A DNA stretch of 64,000 bases, taken from NCBI GenBank assembly GCA_963693365.1, contig CAVNZM010000003.1, forward strand, positions 14,354,914 through 14,418,913, in the 5' to 3' direction. Source of the stretch: Amoebidium appalachense. Taxonomy: Eukaryota > Protista > Ichthyosporea. Of this stretch, positions 36,967-51,930 are shown in pieces (positions within the stretch are counted from its first letter, which is position 1; each line of letters starts with the position of its first letter). A program made the translations under genes and the position numbers. The notes below the pieces were generated by a model. That model did no database searches. It was not told the origin of the DNA and saw only the letters and a list, made by a program, of their open reading frames with translations.

Positions 36967-39900
36967 CCTCTCTCTCTCTCCCCCCCCCCCCCCCCCCCCC
37001 CCCCCGTATCTCTCTCTCCCTTGTTTCTGTGGGCACAGATATCTGTAGATCTGTGCACACCTGGCTCTCTTGCCTGATAAGAACTTATTGTATTTTATTT
37101 CTGTTTGCTCTCCTCTGTTTATCTGAGAGGTAGCGTGATTGGCTAGCCTCACTCGTTGTCTTTCCTTTATTTCAAAATGGCTTAGTTTTGTTCTCAATAG
37201 GATGGCTCGCCAATAGTCGCGAGCGAGTACATCTGTAGATCGTGTTGTGCATTCCTGTCTGTTAATATATGTGTGTTGTGATTGGACAATAGATATATAT
37301 GGAATTCGGTTTATTACAAAGTGTCTTCACTTTGAGAGTGTCGACTATTAGGAAATATATGTATTTAAATAAGTTTCTTTATAGAGACGAACATAAATAT
37401 ATATGTGAGTTAATAGTGACTAGATGTATAATTACTTAATTTATTTAAGTAAGAGTTTCTACGCTTTAGTTTAATCGGAAGTTGGAATGCGTATGCTCTG
37501 TCGGAATGTGTTTTTCTATCTTCTGATAGAACCGATTGGTTCTCCCTCTTTAGTTGTGATAAGGTGATAAGTCGCAAGTACAAAAGGAACCGAGAGCACA
37601 ATAAAGAATCAGTTGTTGTTTGAATCTTTCAATGTCTCGTGAACAACTCCGATTGCCCTCTCATTAATGTGTTAGTCGTGTTTTACATGACACCTCTGTG
37701 CACTCTGCTCCCTTAGACCCGTACAAAACAATAGGCACCAAGGGTGATGAAGTGGTGACTGCCCTCACTGCCGAGTACAAGGCTTTCATCGACAAGGACA
37801 TCTTCGACGTAGTTGAGCCCCCCTCCGATGCCAACATCATCCGATTCAAGTGGATTGTCACGGAGAAGGTCCTCAACTCTGCTGGTGACACCAAGATCAA
37901 GGGTCGTGGTGTGGCCAAGGGTTTCACCCAAGTCTACGGTGTTGACTACGGTGAAAACTCTTCCCCCGTCGTCATGTCCTCCTCCGTCCGTGCCCTGCTT
38001 GCCCTCGGTGTGCAACAGGACCACGAGATCCATCAACTCGACATCAGCACGGCCTTCCTCAACAGCCCCCTCGACGAGACTTTGTACATGGAGCAACCTC
38101 CTGGTTTTATCCTCCCTGGCAATGAACACAAAGTCTGGAAACTCAAGAAGGGCATCTACGGACTCAAGCAGGCATCCCTGGCATGGTACGAGTTCTTCAA
38201 CTCCATTCTCATTGCCCACGGCCTCACCCGTCTCCGTTCCGATCCGTGTGTCTACTTCCGTCAGTTCCCCAACGGGCACATCATCCGTTCGGGCAACTAC
38301 GTTGATGATGCCATCATCACCTGCACACGGAACTCCACCATCATGCAGGGGCTTGTTCGTCACATCACCAAGTCTGCCGAGTGCAAGGTCGGTCTGCCAG
38401 ACATCTTCCTCGGCACCCAACTGCTGTACACCCGTGACTCCCTCAAGCTGCTGCAGTTCTCCTACATCAAGGACATCATCACCGACTTCAACCTGGTCGA
38501 TGCCAAGCCTAAGGCCACCCCTATTCCCGTGGGCACCATCATCAACGAGACCTCCCTCTCATCCCTGCCCACCACCGTCCCCTACCGTGAACTCCTCGGC
38601 CGTCTGCTGTGGGTTGCTCGGTGCTCCCGGCCTGACATCTCGTATGCCATTGGCTACCTCGGCCGATTCAGCTCCAAGCCCACCAAGACTGCCTGGGAGC
38701 TTCTCCTCCGTGTCGTTCGTTACCTGCTCGGCACCATCAACCTCGGCCTCTACTACAAGAAGACGGCCCCCAACAGCAAGGTGCCCATCCTTGAGTGCTA
38801 CTCGGATTCTGACTTTGCTGGTTGCCCCACCACCCGGCGTTCCACGTCTGGGTACGTCATCCTCCTCGAAGGCTCCCCCGTCACCTACCACTCCAAGCTG
38901 CAGACGATCACTGCAACTTCCACCTGTGAGGCCGAGCTCCTGGCCCTCAATGCTGCCGTGCAAGATGTTGTCTGGCACCGTGATCTACTAAAGGAGCTGG
39001 GCTACCCCATGACCGAGCCCACCCCAGTGTACTGTGACAATCAGTCCACCATTGCTCTGGTCCACTCCAACACCATCAAGCACCGGACCAAGCACATTGC
39101 CGTTCGTTACTTCAACACCAAGGACTACATCAACAGTGGGGACGTCACTGTCACCTACATCGACACCAAGAAGAACCTGGCCGACATCTTCACCAAGCCT
39201 CTGGCTGGTCCGGCCCACGACACACACCGTGCCAACCTCAGTCTCCGTGACTGACCCGTGCACTGGTGTTCATCATCGAGTGGTTTCTGAGTAGGTTGGG
39301 GCCCTGGACAGCAGTTGACACACCTACGGTGATCAAGATGCCTCCCAACGAAAGTCTACTACTCCTCATCGTTTCTCTTCATCAGTGGGGACTCAGTCTT
39401 ACATCGTCATATGTGTGCATCTTCAGTGGGGATTATTCTCCACCATCCGTCGTTTATTTATATTCATATCCCACCATATATATTGGTTTTCTTCTATATT
39501 CGACTTTATATATATGTCGAACTGGGATGGCGTCCCAGTATAATTAATTATCTATAGCCATGGCGTGCTGGTTGACTGCCAGTCTAAACCTAGTCCACGG
39601 GATGCACCTTCCCCGTGTCTTAACTGGTTGACCACCAGTCTATAAATCAGTCCACAAGATGTTCATACCTTGTGTTTACCTGGGTGGTCCCCAGTATAAA
39701 CCATTAGCCACCAAAACGTCACACATACACTAGTGTTTCCTCTATATATGTATATCGACGATAACCACCATGATTTATTGTTCCGAGTCTACAGAGGCAA
39801 CCGTCGTTGTGTGCCTCTTCAGTTTTGATTTTCTCCTTCCCACCTCAAGGATCTTCGGTTTGCATCCTCGAGTGGGGAAACTTGAGTGTGACGACCCCTC

Positions 39901-40854
39901 CTGTGTTTGGACCTCATCTACCGTCACATCAACAGACACGAGGACACAAACTTCAACCCCTTGAGTGGGGATGTTGGAATACGTCACCATGTATGACAGC
40001 AAGAGCCTTGAAGTATGTATGTGTCCTAGCTTGTTTGTATTCGTGTCTGCTTTCCTTCTTTGTGCTCTCTCTCTCTCTCTCTCTCTCTCCCCCTCTCTCT
40101 CCTCCCCCCCCCCCCCCCCCCCCCGTATCTCTCTCTCCCTTGTTTCTGTCGGCACAGATATCTGTAGATCTGTGCACACCTGGCTCTCTTGCCTGATAAG
40201 AACTTATTGTGTTTTTATTTCTGTTTGCTCTCCTCTGTTTATCTGAGAGGTAGCGTGATTGGCTAGCCTCACTCGTTGGCTTTCCTTTATTTCAAAATGG
40301 CCTAGTTTGTTCTTAAAAGGATGGCTCGCCAATAGTCGCGAGCGAGTACATCTGTAGATTGTGTTGTGCATTCCTGTCTGTTAATATATGTGTGTTGTGA
40401 TTGGACAATAGATATATATGGAATTCGGTTTATTGCAAAGTGTCTTCACTTTGAGAGTGTCGACTATTAGGAAATATATGTATTTAAATAAGTTTCTTTA
40501 TAGAGACGAACATAAATATATATGTGAGTTAATAGTGACTAGATGTATAATTACTTAATTTATTTAAGTAAGAGTTTCTAAACTTTAGTTTAATCGGAAG
40601 TTGGAATGCGTATGCTCTGTTGGATTGTGTTTTTCTATCTTCTGATAGAACCGATTGGTTCTCCCTCTTTAGTTGTGATAAGGTGATAAGTCGCAAGTAC
40701 AAAAGGAACCGAGAGCACAATAAAGAATCAGTTGTTGTTTGAAATCTTTCAATGTCTCGTGAACAACTCCGATTGCCCTCTCATTAATGTGTTAGTCGTG
40801 TTTTACATGACACCTCTGTGCACTCTGCTCCCTTAGACCCGTACAAAAACAACA
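36801..40854 (+). mobile_element. Copia family B copy C: shares LTR 36801-37733 with copy A and retains only RT-RNase H
   Basis: LTR end AACAATA plus GG is joined directly to GCACCAAGG of the RT region; RT-RH is open to 39254; PPT at 39963-39971; 3' LTR 39972-40854. Confidence 0.9.
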
Positions 40855-40898
40855 AAAATCTACGGTGTGTGTCGATTGCGGAGGGGCCCCGGGAACTG

Positions 40899-41052
<154 letters not shown>

Positions 41053-41532
41053 CACCCTTCCCTCCACCCCCTGCCCCCCCCCCCCCCCCCCCCCCGCCGC
41101 GCCGCGCCCTTCCCACCCCTCTCTTACCCAGGACCCCCCGTGCTCAAGTAAAATAGTGCTCGACCTGCTCCGCCCAACCACCGTTACTTCTTAACAAGAC
41201 CACCAACTCGACTGTGCCCACCCATGAACCACCACCCCCTCCAGATCTAAGTATTGCTGTTAATTTATTATGTTTGGCGGTATGTATTCGTATAGCGTAC
41301 AAGGATTTTAGTTGGATGACCCCCCGCAGTGCGGCCCGCTCTTCTCAATCTCCGAGTCAGTCAGCGAGCATGAGTTAGGATGTGCTACCTCGCGCATGCA
41401 CATAGGTTGTTCGACATGGCCTCAATTGAACGAACCTGGCCATGATGTCCGCATGGGGACCAGCTAGAGATGCCACATGCATACCAAATAGGCACAGGAA
41501 CACATAAGCGACTATTGCGTGCACATGCACTC

Positions 41533-41732
41533 GTGTGTTTTACATTTGTATGCATATTTGGCGCACTTTTGCCACAATTGTGTGTGTGTTTTACATTTGT
41601 ATGCATATTTGGCGTACATTTGCCACATTGTGTGTGTGTTTTACATTTGTATGCATATTTGGCGTACTTTTGCCACATTGTGTGTGTGTTTTACATTTGT
41701 ATGCATATTTGGCGTACTTTTGCCACATTGTG
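41533..41732. repeat. Minisatellite, ~52-bp unit, 4 copies
   Basis: gtgtgttttacatttgtatgcatatttggcg(c/t)ac(t/a)tttgccacattg repeated four times. Confidence 0.92.
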
Positions 41733-41996
41733 CACGTGTGAACATATAAAACTCACGTGGCGAAAACTTTGAGGGTGCAGGTAACGTTATTTAGATATCT
41801 TGTTGCTTTCGATTTGCTTATTGGCTCGGCTCAGCCAAGTGCCCCTGGGCACGATCATCAGAAACGTACACATACCATGGCATGCACTGCCTCTCTACGA
41901 ACAAAATCCAAATAAACACACCGCACGAAGAAAACCCCTCTACCCTATCCTCCCCCTCCACTACCTAGGCCTCAATGCGTGGGCGTGTGTTTGTGT

Positions 41997-42067
<71 letters not shown>

Positions 42068-42947
42068 TGTGTGTGTGTGTGTGTATGTGTGTGTGTACAT
42101 GTATGTGTGCATGTGTGGGTGTGTGTCTGTGTGTGTGTGTGTGCCGTAGCCAATCAGAGACTAGCTCTGCGAAAAACTACCCCCCGTACCCGCAGATAAT
42201 CCGACACACCTTGTTGCGAAATCGGGGGGTAATCGGCAGGTAAACTGCGCAGCACTTTTCGATCCGCAGGTTATCGGCGGTAGGGTAAAAACTAGACTGC
42301 CTCACGCGACACATTGGCAGCCACCTGCGATTATCGTGCGATAAAGGGCGGCCTCGTGCGCCACGCGACAGGCTTATGGCCCCATTATGCTCGGAATCGG
42401 ACGATGGAATGTTGTGGAAATTAGCCGACCAATCGAATATGGATATTGTACAAAACGGGGGTTATGCCGAGGGCTGACCTTGCCGACGATGGCTGGTGTG
42501 CGTGTTTACGGTAGGGTAGGTCCTGGACGGTAGTGAAGGCACAAGTAAGGGTGTCTGATGTAAGACTATCGGTGCACTCTATATTGGAGTACAGTGAGCG
42601 TCGGTTGATAGGAAAGGTCGCATGTTGTTAGACTTGGTGTGCGGATAGCAGAGTATTGGTTCACCATGGTGGATGAGGGGTGCGGCATGGATTTAGAAAA
42701 AGGGCAGATAGCTGCGTTTTCTGGGCTGCACGGGGTAGAATTGAAAGTGATAATTGGTCTTTCTAGAAGTAGAGAGAAAGAGGGAGACCAAGATGTGAGT
42801 GCTTATGGTCATCACGCGTTCTTACTCACACCGTCTAGGAAGGTATCGAACATACAAAAACACGTTCCCCCTTCTCTGCTTAGTTACAAAATCACGTATA
42901 GTCTGCCTGCGGAGGGTAACGAAAAGGGACACATGATACGCACGCAC

Positions 42948-43029
<82 letters not shown>

Positions 43030-43251
43030 AGTCACACGCGCGCGCGCGCGCGCGCACACGCACGCACGGAGTGTGAGAGCGCAGATTAGTACACACTCAT
43101 GTTGCGCCGTGCGCTTACACATTCATACACTTCAAATACATTCACGTAAACACCCCCACACACAAACACACGTACACACACAACCGTGGCGAACACCCAC
43201 ACCCATTCCCAACACACAGACACACACCTGCGCGGGCCCAAAGACACAACC

Positions 43252-43282
<31 letters not shown>

Positions 43283-43585
43283 GCTCTCACACACACGTGT
43301 TGGAACCAAAACAGCTACAGGCACCCACTTCGGCGCTTTCCGCATTATGCTGGCTTTCAGCACGCACACGTGACGGTCTAGGCAGGCACACCCGTACAGG
43401 CAGACATGCATGCACTTGTTTTCACACGTGCTTGCAGGGCCACATTTGCAGGCCATATGTTTTTGCAGGCTAGCATCTGACCACAAAGTCGTGCAGGTAT
43501 ACACACACGTCAAAGGATGCACACAAAGACATACGTACACCATGCCTTGCGGACAATGCAGGAAAACACGCACGCACACGAAAAC

Positions 43586-43724
<139 letters not shown>

Positions 43725-43973
43725 AACACATGCACACCCACCCACCCACACGCACACACAGGCCTGCATACACACGGACACGGTCAGGCAGGTACGCGTG
43801 CGCACACCATGCATTGACCCACATGTGTTGGCCTAGACATGCTTGCTAAACACCTTGATTTTTTTTTTTCTATACCCGTAGAGAGTCCCCCTCCTTGGCC
43901 CCCACACACGAACCTTACACACGAATCCCCTCCCCCGCCCCCTCCCCCCCCTCCCCCCCCCACACACACTGTG

Positions 43974-44025
<52 letters not shown>

Positions 44026-44027
44026 GC

Positions 44028-44076
<49 letters not shown>

Positions 44077-44573
44077 CACACACACACACAATATCAGACT
44101 TGACAGGCACGCGGAGATGGTGCCGTTAGCCCAGTTCATCAGGAGGACCACCTCCTACCTTCAGGTGCCCCCCCTCCCCCCCGCGCGGCTGATGTGACCC
44201 CCCCCCCCCCCCCCCCTTCCTCCCCTTCTCTCCAGACCTGTCTTCTCCTCTCCCTTCACCCCCCCACCGCCCACCCACTCACCGGGACCTTGGCCCATGC
44301 ATTCATAAGGTTTTGGTTCCCATATCCCTTCTCCGTCCTTTTCCCTCTTAAACCTCAAATGCCTTGAGGCTCGCCTCCTCCCCCCCCCCCCCCCCCCCCC
44401 TCCCCCCCCCCCCTCCGGTTTCCCGCGTTGCTTTTGTTTTCTGGGCCTACCCTTTATCTATTCGCTTTCTCATGACAAGCAGGTACCCATTCAAACACAC
44501 ACATGCCAGCACACACATACTTGTCACGGCTTTGTGTATATATACTCATAGGCACCCATCCATCTAACTATCT

Positions 44574-44610
<37 letters not shown>

Positions 44611-44716
44611 ACCACCAGCCCACCTACCCACACATAACACACGGGCGTACACGGCACACACACATGGACACACACGCGTGGGCGAAGACACACCGAACAG
44701 ACACGACACACGAATC

Positions 44717-44747
<31 letters not shown>

Positions 44748-44870
44748 CGCGACACACAGGTACGCACCCCTTTCCCACACACACACACTCATGTACACAC
44801 ACACGCACACACACACATACACACACACGTACACTCACACACACACACATGCACACACACAAACAACACA

Positions 44871-44907
<37 letters not shown>

Positions 44908-46130
44908 CCTCCATCTCCTTCTCTCCTCCTCCCCCCTCCTCCCCCCTCCCCCCTCTGTCCCTCCCTCACTCCCTCCCTCGCTCTCCCCCCCCCCCCCCCC
45001 CCCTCCGCCCCCCTCTCTCTCCCTCCTCCCCCCCTCCCCCCTCGAGGCTCTGTCTCTCTCGCTCTCTTTCCTTTTCTCTCTCTCTCCTTATACACGGCGC
45101 AGGAACGGTGGAATGGTTATGTGGATAGAGCTCGCCAAGGCGGATTTGTGCTTCCCTGAGGTGACCCCCCCCCCCCCCCCCCCCTTCCCGTGTCCCATCT
45201 TCTTTTCTTGCCACCCCTACCTCCCCCGACCACCTCTTGTTACTTTCCCCACTAACCCCTCTACAAATCCGTCACCTCCCTCCCGCCCCCTATAGCAAGC
45301 TGCACGTGCAAAGTGTTGTGTAGAAATAGTCGATGTTCTTCCTCTTTTAGAGACACTCGGGTACCTGCATTATTTTGCCCATTAAGGCGTGCCTCCCTTC
45401 GTAGTTTCTTCCCTCCCTATTGCCCCCCTGATTCATGCACTCCCCCCCCCCCCCCCTCCCCCCCCCCCCCCCCCCCAATAAGAACAACCACCCATTCACC
45501 ACCCCTCTCCCCTCCCTCCCCAAAACCTCCTCTTTTTTGATATGCACCCCCCCCCCCCCCCTCCCCCCTCCCCTTCCCATCTCCTATCTTAATTTGCTCT
45601 TTTTTCTACGATAACTGCATACAGACCCTCTTTTCCTTTCGTCCCTCTGTCACTCCCTTCGGACTTTCTCCCTGCGAGTTTTTTTTTGTGTTTTTGCTTG
45701 CTACCGCCTTGCTTCTTGTTGTGTTCCTTCTTCTGCTCGAGGGCTTAAATGCTCGGTGAAGCACACATATGCTTGCCACCCATACTGATCCCACAACCGG
45801 CCTTGCATTCCTATACCTTGTATGTGTGCCTGTGTGCCTGTGTGCCCATGCCTGTGTGCTTTTAAGAATGCATACCACCCCTGTACATCTGTGTGTTTAC
45901 GGTTGCTTGAACATACTCAAACTCCGAAAACTTGAAGTCGAGGGGAAGGGCGTGGGGGGGGGGGGGGGGGGGGGAGGGGGGGGGGGGGGTTGAGGTTGAA
46001 GGGTGTGTGTGTGTGTGTGCACGGTGTGTGTGCATGTGTACGTGTGTGTTCTCGTTATGATCGAAAAAACAATTTGTTTTGCCACGTAGTCACCAATTCT
46101 GCATACAACTTGAGATGCACACACAAACAT

Positions 46131-46208
<78 letters not shown>

Positions 46209-46666
46209 AGACACAGACACAGACAGACAGACAGACACACGGACAACCGACACAAAATGCTCACATACACTTTGCAGGCACGGCATGAATGCTGTTGGAA
46301 TCACCATCAACATGCCAGCTTGCACGGCGGCCCTGAGGTCCTCCCCCCCCCCCCCCTCCTCCTCCTCCGCCGCCACCTTCCTCCCTCGGTGGTTTTTTTT
46401 CTTTCTGATTTTGTTTTTCTGATTACACGTTTCCTGGTTTTGCTTGCCACCGGTTTGGTTCAGGTAGTGAAGTTTCTCTGTTGCTTAAGGCTTCTGCTTT
46501 CCTTCAATGTTTGCAATTTCATGATGCACACACAAAAGCAAATGTGCAGGCATACACAAACACACGCCGGCCATACTCACACTTGCCACACCCGGCCTTG
46601 CCTATCGATCCAGCCCACCTACCCCACCCTCCCTCCCACACATCACACACGAACACACATACATAC

Positions 46667-46738
<72 letters not shown>

Positions 46739-47032
46739 CCACACACGCACCGTGCATGTGTTCGTGTGCCTGTTTACTGAAGCATGTTTTTTGCCTGCAT
46801 GTGTTCCCTTTGTTGTTTTACTTGCGGGACAGGGGCGTTTAACTTTTTACATTTTCTTTGACTAACTTGTGTTGTGCTTGCCTTGCTTCGTTTCCTGTTG
46901 CGTTGTGCACACGTGTTTGCAAAGAAGACTGAGTGCACATGTATAGGTGAGTTCGTTGGAATACCACCACTCTCTCACACACACACACAAAATACGGACA
47001 GCACAGCAACACAAGTACACACCTACACACAC

Positions 47033-47097
<65 letters not shown>

Positions 47098-47100
47098 AAC

Positions 47101-47133
<33 letters not shown>

Positions 47134-48338
47134 TAGATACACACACACGTGCGCGCGCGCATGCACGCACGCACGCACACGTGTATTTGTGTGCACGTGC
47201 CCCAGGCTTATGGCACACGTGTTTTGCCCGCAAGTGCTAAATTTATTGTTTCGCATGCAGGACAGATCGAACGTGATTGTTGTCTTGACCTTATACTTGC
47301 ATGCAGCAGGACAGATTGAACGTGGTTGTTGTCTTGACACTATACTTGTGGGTTGCCTTGCTTCGTTCTCTGTGTTACGTGATGCACAGATGTGTTTGCA
47401 AAGATGACTGAGTGCACATGTGTACGTGTGTTTGTTGTGCTTTTGTGTGCTTAAGCCCACAGGGTGGACAGTCACACCGCCCACCTACTGCATTTCTTGC
47501 TCGCATTTGCTAAACTATGCTGGGACACCCCCACAGGCACAGTTGGCACAGCCAGGGTCAACGGTGCTGCTGGGTACTTGTTTCGCCAGCCAGCCTTTTA
47601 GATTGACAACATGTTCGAGCAGTAACTTGTTTGTAGGATACGTTTGTTATCGGGGTATTGTGTATATTTGTGTAGAAGTTCGAAAGATTAGGCTGGTCCT
47701 GATCACTGCAATAGCATGTACCTGCAGAGATCAAACAACATAGATTAGGGTGATGTGATGATTACAAAGTAGACAAAATAAAACGTGAATAATTATATAA
47801 ACCAGCTGCGCTGGGGTAAGCATCAATAAACGTTTCCATCATGCACGTGAATTGAAGGCCGATCTTTTTTTTTTTTTTTTTTTTTTTTTGGCCCCAGCCC
47901 CGCCTGCGCCTAGCAGTCGTGCACGCGTGCGCGGCTCGGGCCCGATCGTGCCTATGGTATGTGTTACGTCACTGATAGTCAAATTCCAATGACTCATCTC
48001 AAGGAATTTGAGGTCGAGCGCACTTTTTTGAGCTCCGAATATCTGCCGATAGGCTGCCTGCCGCTGGATTCTACATCTTCCGATAACCTGAGATCGCCGC
48101 GAGCCACCGCGGCGGCAACCCCAAGATAATCCCCGATAAAAATCGAAACCAGCCAATCACGAATTTTGCCTACTAACCATGGGATAATCGCGGATCGGCT
48201 TTCGGCACAGAATCTGCAGATTATCGGGGCTAAATGAGCCAAAAACCGCTACGATTAACTGCAGATACGGGGGGGTAAGTTTCCGCAGAGTAGCTAAAGA
48301 CGGGGAAATGCAACACAGCTCGGGCGGGTGGGTGGGGC

Positions 48339-49698
48339 TAAGTAGGGGCCGACGGGGAAACAAAGCTAAGACGAGTAGAACGAGTCGCCGCCTATATACC
48401 ATAGTCGGCTCCCTAGTGGCCACTGATTGTTGGAACCCTATTCCAACCAATCAGTTGGCCTAAATACATCTCTAAATAGAGCTTGATGAATCAAGCGAAG
48501 TATATATATTAGATATGTTGTTGCTATCTGCGACCACATTCATATTTTACAGAAATAATACACAAAGCTGGATGGCAGGAGCGGCGCGGCGAGTGATTTT
48601 CATCCAATCATGAAGGGGGGCGGGACGCTGCCGTCCAAGGAAGGCACGCATTCGCCAAGACCGGACACCGACCGGAAACACCACTTCTTCGGGGGCTAGG
48701 TCCGTGTGGGCCTGTGCCATCCCTTGCACCACCGGCCACCATAAGGCGGTGTCCCACACCGGGACCACTAATATTCCCTGTGCACATTCCCGCTGAATCT
48801 CCGCCACTGTCCGCTTGATCAACGGAAACGGTGGTGCCCACCAGCTGGGGGCCTGCCATGCGGCGGCAAGCCCATCCTGCCCACCGCTCATGGGGACCAC
48901 CGCGGTCCATGTGTGAAACGTGGGTTTGACTGCTGTCACGGGTGTAGCAAACCGATCCACCGCCGTGTGCAATCCGAGTGTCTGCTCGATACGCTCGACC
49001 CCCGCAGGGGTAACCGACCACTCGTGGCGGGGATCAATCCGCGACAATCAATCCGCACGGTCGTTCACTTCGCCCGGAATGTATGACAGCTCTTGGGGCC
49101 AGGGGAGCCCCTTTCCAAACACAACTGCAGCAGTTGCCATAACACTCGCTGCATGGCGGGGCTGCTGCTGCCCTTTTTGCGCACCGCGCCCAACGCGGCC
49201 TGGGCGTCTCACTGCCAGCGTACGCGCTGACGTTGGATTAGGGCCTGCATTTCGGGCCTGCGGTAGGCCTCGAGTAGGCCCTCGCACTCCGCCACTGCAG
49301 CCGCCCGCGGTGCATCGCTCTCCGCCCAACGACCGAAAGCCTCCACAACCTGCGGAGTTGGTAGGCCCAACTGTAGTACAGTAACTGCCCCCCACCCGTG
49401 TGAGGTGGCAGCATCTGTGATGAGAGTGGCCGTGATAGGCTCAGGCCAGATTTCCGTGCGGGGAAGCCGACCTATTATACCCATGGTTTTACCGATAATG
49501 CGTAGCTGCCGACCCGTTAACCGCACAAAGCTACGCCAGTTCCCGCCGCGTAGAGCACCATACACCGGCCGGACAACCGTGAGTACATGAGGCACCGCCG
49601 CACGCAAACTAACAACCAACCCTAGCCATCTAGTAGCCACCTGCTTCTTTTCCACCCACCGCCGTCCTTTGCTCGCCTTAGCCATTAAAGAACGTGTT
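48339..49698 (-). mobile_element. 3' half of a DIRS-like retroelement: RNase H, methyltransferase-like domain (degenerate) and terminal repeat
   Basis: RNase H motifs LITDAATSHGWG and YIPGEVNDRAD; methyltransferase-like motifs VDRFAT..WWAPPFPLI..GILVVPVW..WWP; in-frame stops and a frameshift. Repeat 48339-48503 is the reverse complement of 60228-60392. Confidence 0.85.
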
Positions 49699-49933
49699 TG
49701 TCGTATCCTATTGTGTATGTACTAGAGACGCGGCACTCTACTAAGTGTACACACACGAAAAGGAACGAACGTGTACGGAAAAACGGTAAAGTTTATTCAG
49801 ACCAGGCTCCGACGGGCAAACTTAGATCCGTACGGAATGAGACTAAGTTACAACTGAGGCCATCAAGGCCGTGCCCTCAAAGATCATCATCACCTGGCCC
49901 CCCTACGATGCCACATTCCAAACATTCCGATCT
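49699..49933 (-). mobile_element. 3'-terminal 235-bp fragment of the LTR found at 61514-62241
   Basis: Reverse complement of ~62007-62241; ends ...GGATACGACA and is followed by AACAC on the minus strand. Confidence 0.93.
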
Positions 49934-50548
49934 CCCCCCGGGCCAGGCCCGGCCAGTCACGCGCATGATGTGAACCGATGGCATTGTTCTTTACGCAAAA
50001 AGGTTAATATTTTTATAATGTGTAGTAGTATAAGTTCCTGAAAAATTAGAGGTCCTGAAGTTATTAATTAGTACAGTAACTGAGAAGGTTATTTATTATA
50101 TTTGAATGAATAACTAAGATACTTCGAAGCAAAGAGAGTGCGCGTTGCGCTCCCCCGTGCGCCTACGAAATATCTTGTCTCTAAGGTATGTCTATTCTAT
50201 AATTAGGGTATTATGATTGGCGCGATTTGAGATTTAGAGCTGTAACCAATCAGACAAGTTCTAAAGTCAATAATTATTGGATACATGTCACGACAGATTG
50301 ATGCCGGTATGGAATGACATACCGGCACATGTGCGGCCACGTGATTCATCACTTATTGTAGGCTGTGTTTCTTTTGAAAGTTTCTAAATGGCGGTCGTTG
50401 TGACAAACATCTATAATCAAGGAATTCTGAAATTAATTGGACGTTGAACGCAAAAACGCTCCTTAAAAATATAATTAACACCAAATACTTCAATATTGGG
50501 CTGCATACTTCCGGAGATCTATGTAGATCCAGTTCGGCGGCACCACGT

Positions 50549-51841
50549 GTGCACGTGGCACGGCCACCGACCGGCGCCGGCTGCGCAGTAGACTACACCC
50601 CCCCCCCCCCCCCCCCCCCGGGAGACACCCCTCTTCCCCTCAAAAGTTGCCCCTCCGCAGTGCAACATTTTCGTCACGCCCCTCTGCTCACCCCTCTGCA
50701 AGGTCTTTTTTGGCACACGCAGAGGGGTGTGCGGAGGGGTTTTTATAGCTTTGCAGAGGGGTGGGCGGAGGGGACACCCACCCCTCCGCCCACCCCTCCG
50801 CAAAGCTATAAAAACCCCTCCGCACCGGCTCCGCGAAGTCATAAAACCCCTCCACAATGTCGTTTTTTTTTTCTTCTTTTGACTCGGTTTTATTGATCCG
50901 TTGATGAAGGCAACGTGCAGCCACAGGCTACATAACCACCAATAGAACTGAAAAAGCCAAAGCTACGAAATAAAAATAAAGCGACAAGTGACAAAGGACA
51001 CCAGCGGGCAAAAGCTTTATTGTACGTGTACATATGCGTGAAACTAGTTTGCTCCAACTAGTCATATGCATCGATGTTGACCAGACCGTGACCACACTCC
51101 GCAAGAAGACATCATTACTGCTGCTTCCCAACAGGCCCCCCTCAAAACCTACCGAGGCACAGCAAGCAAGTCAGCCTCTGAAAGAGCAATGCAGACCAAA
51201 TCTGAGCTAAAAACAATCCCAACGGGCCCGGCACCTAGATAACCCGGAGAAACTGCATCTAGCTCTCTGATAAGGTGGCCTAGTTGTGGCAGGACACACA
51301 GAAAAACACAATTACAGAATGCATGCAAGCAAACCCGGTCATTGCCATACGAATGGAGGCTAAGGACTGGCAGTCACTTGGAAAGCTCCCCGACGACCAA
51401 GTAGCCGCCCCTCCACTCACGCAGCGCAGAAGTAGTTGAAGAAGTTGCAGCAGCCCACCGCCAATAGGTCGCGTAGAAGCGTAGACAGCGTGTGGAAGTT
51501 ACCATAGGTTGCAGTGGACCACCAGGCGTTGAAGAAACCACTTTTCAAGCGAGAAACTCCGCGAAAGGGAGATGCCCCCACACTCTCACAGCAGTAGGAA
51601 TACACCAGGCCACACCACACACACGCTGCAGTCACGTTCCCCTGAGTGGGACTCCCTCCCACCACAAATAGAAGAAACGAAATTTCAGCCTTTATATACC
51701 TGCCATGGTGAAGAATCGGGAAAAGAAAGTTGACGTGACAGCTAAGAGATCGAAGTGAAAGTGAAGTCGTTTTTTTTCGGCACGGAGGGGTGACTTTGCG
51801 GAGGGGTGAATTTGACCCCTCCGCAGACATCCCACCACAAA

Positions 51842-51885
<44 letters not shown>

Positions 51886-51930
51886 CGGCCCCCCGCCCCT
51901 CCCTCCCTCCCCCTTCCTTTCCACGTGCAC
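50549..51930. mobile_element. Possible non-autonomous DNA transposon with CCCCTCCGCA subterminal repeats and a 97-bp hairpin
   Basis: Candidate 10-bp TIR GTGCACGTGG/CCACGTGCAC; motif clusters at 50650-50860 and 51780-51830; no TSD found. Confidence 0.35.

Larger units (their letters stand above)
25191..37733 (+). mobile_element. Copia family B copy A: 5'-truncated LTR, internal deletion of integrase and N-terminal RT, interrupted by copy B
   Basis: LTR remnant 25191-25515, PBS 25516-25528, gag-PR from ATG 25634 fused at ~27123 to mid-RT, TGG>TAG stop at 27170, RNase H ends 28288. The 3' UTR resumes at 36364; 3' LTR is 36801-37733. Confidence 0.9.

Noticed and set aside
27115-37740. Copia-B internal deletions as spliced subgenomic RNAs
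   Set aside because: The junctions lack matched GT...AG boundaries; the copy C acceptor side is TG.
41533-41732. Regular ~52-bp repeats as a CRISPR array
   Set aside because: No unique spacers and no cas genes; the context is eukaryotic; it is a plain minisatellite.
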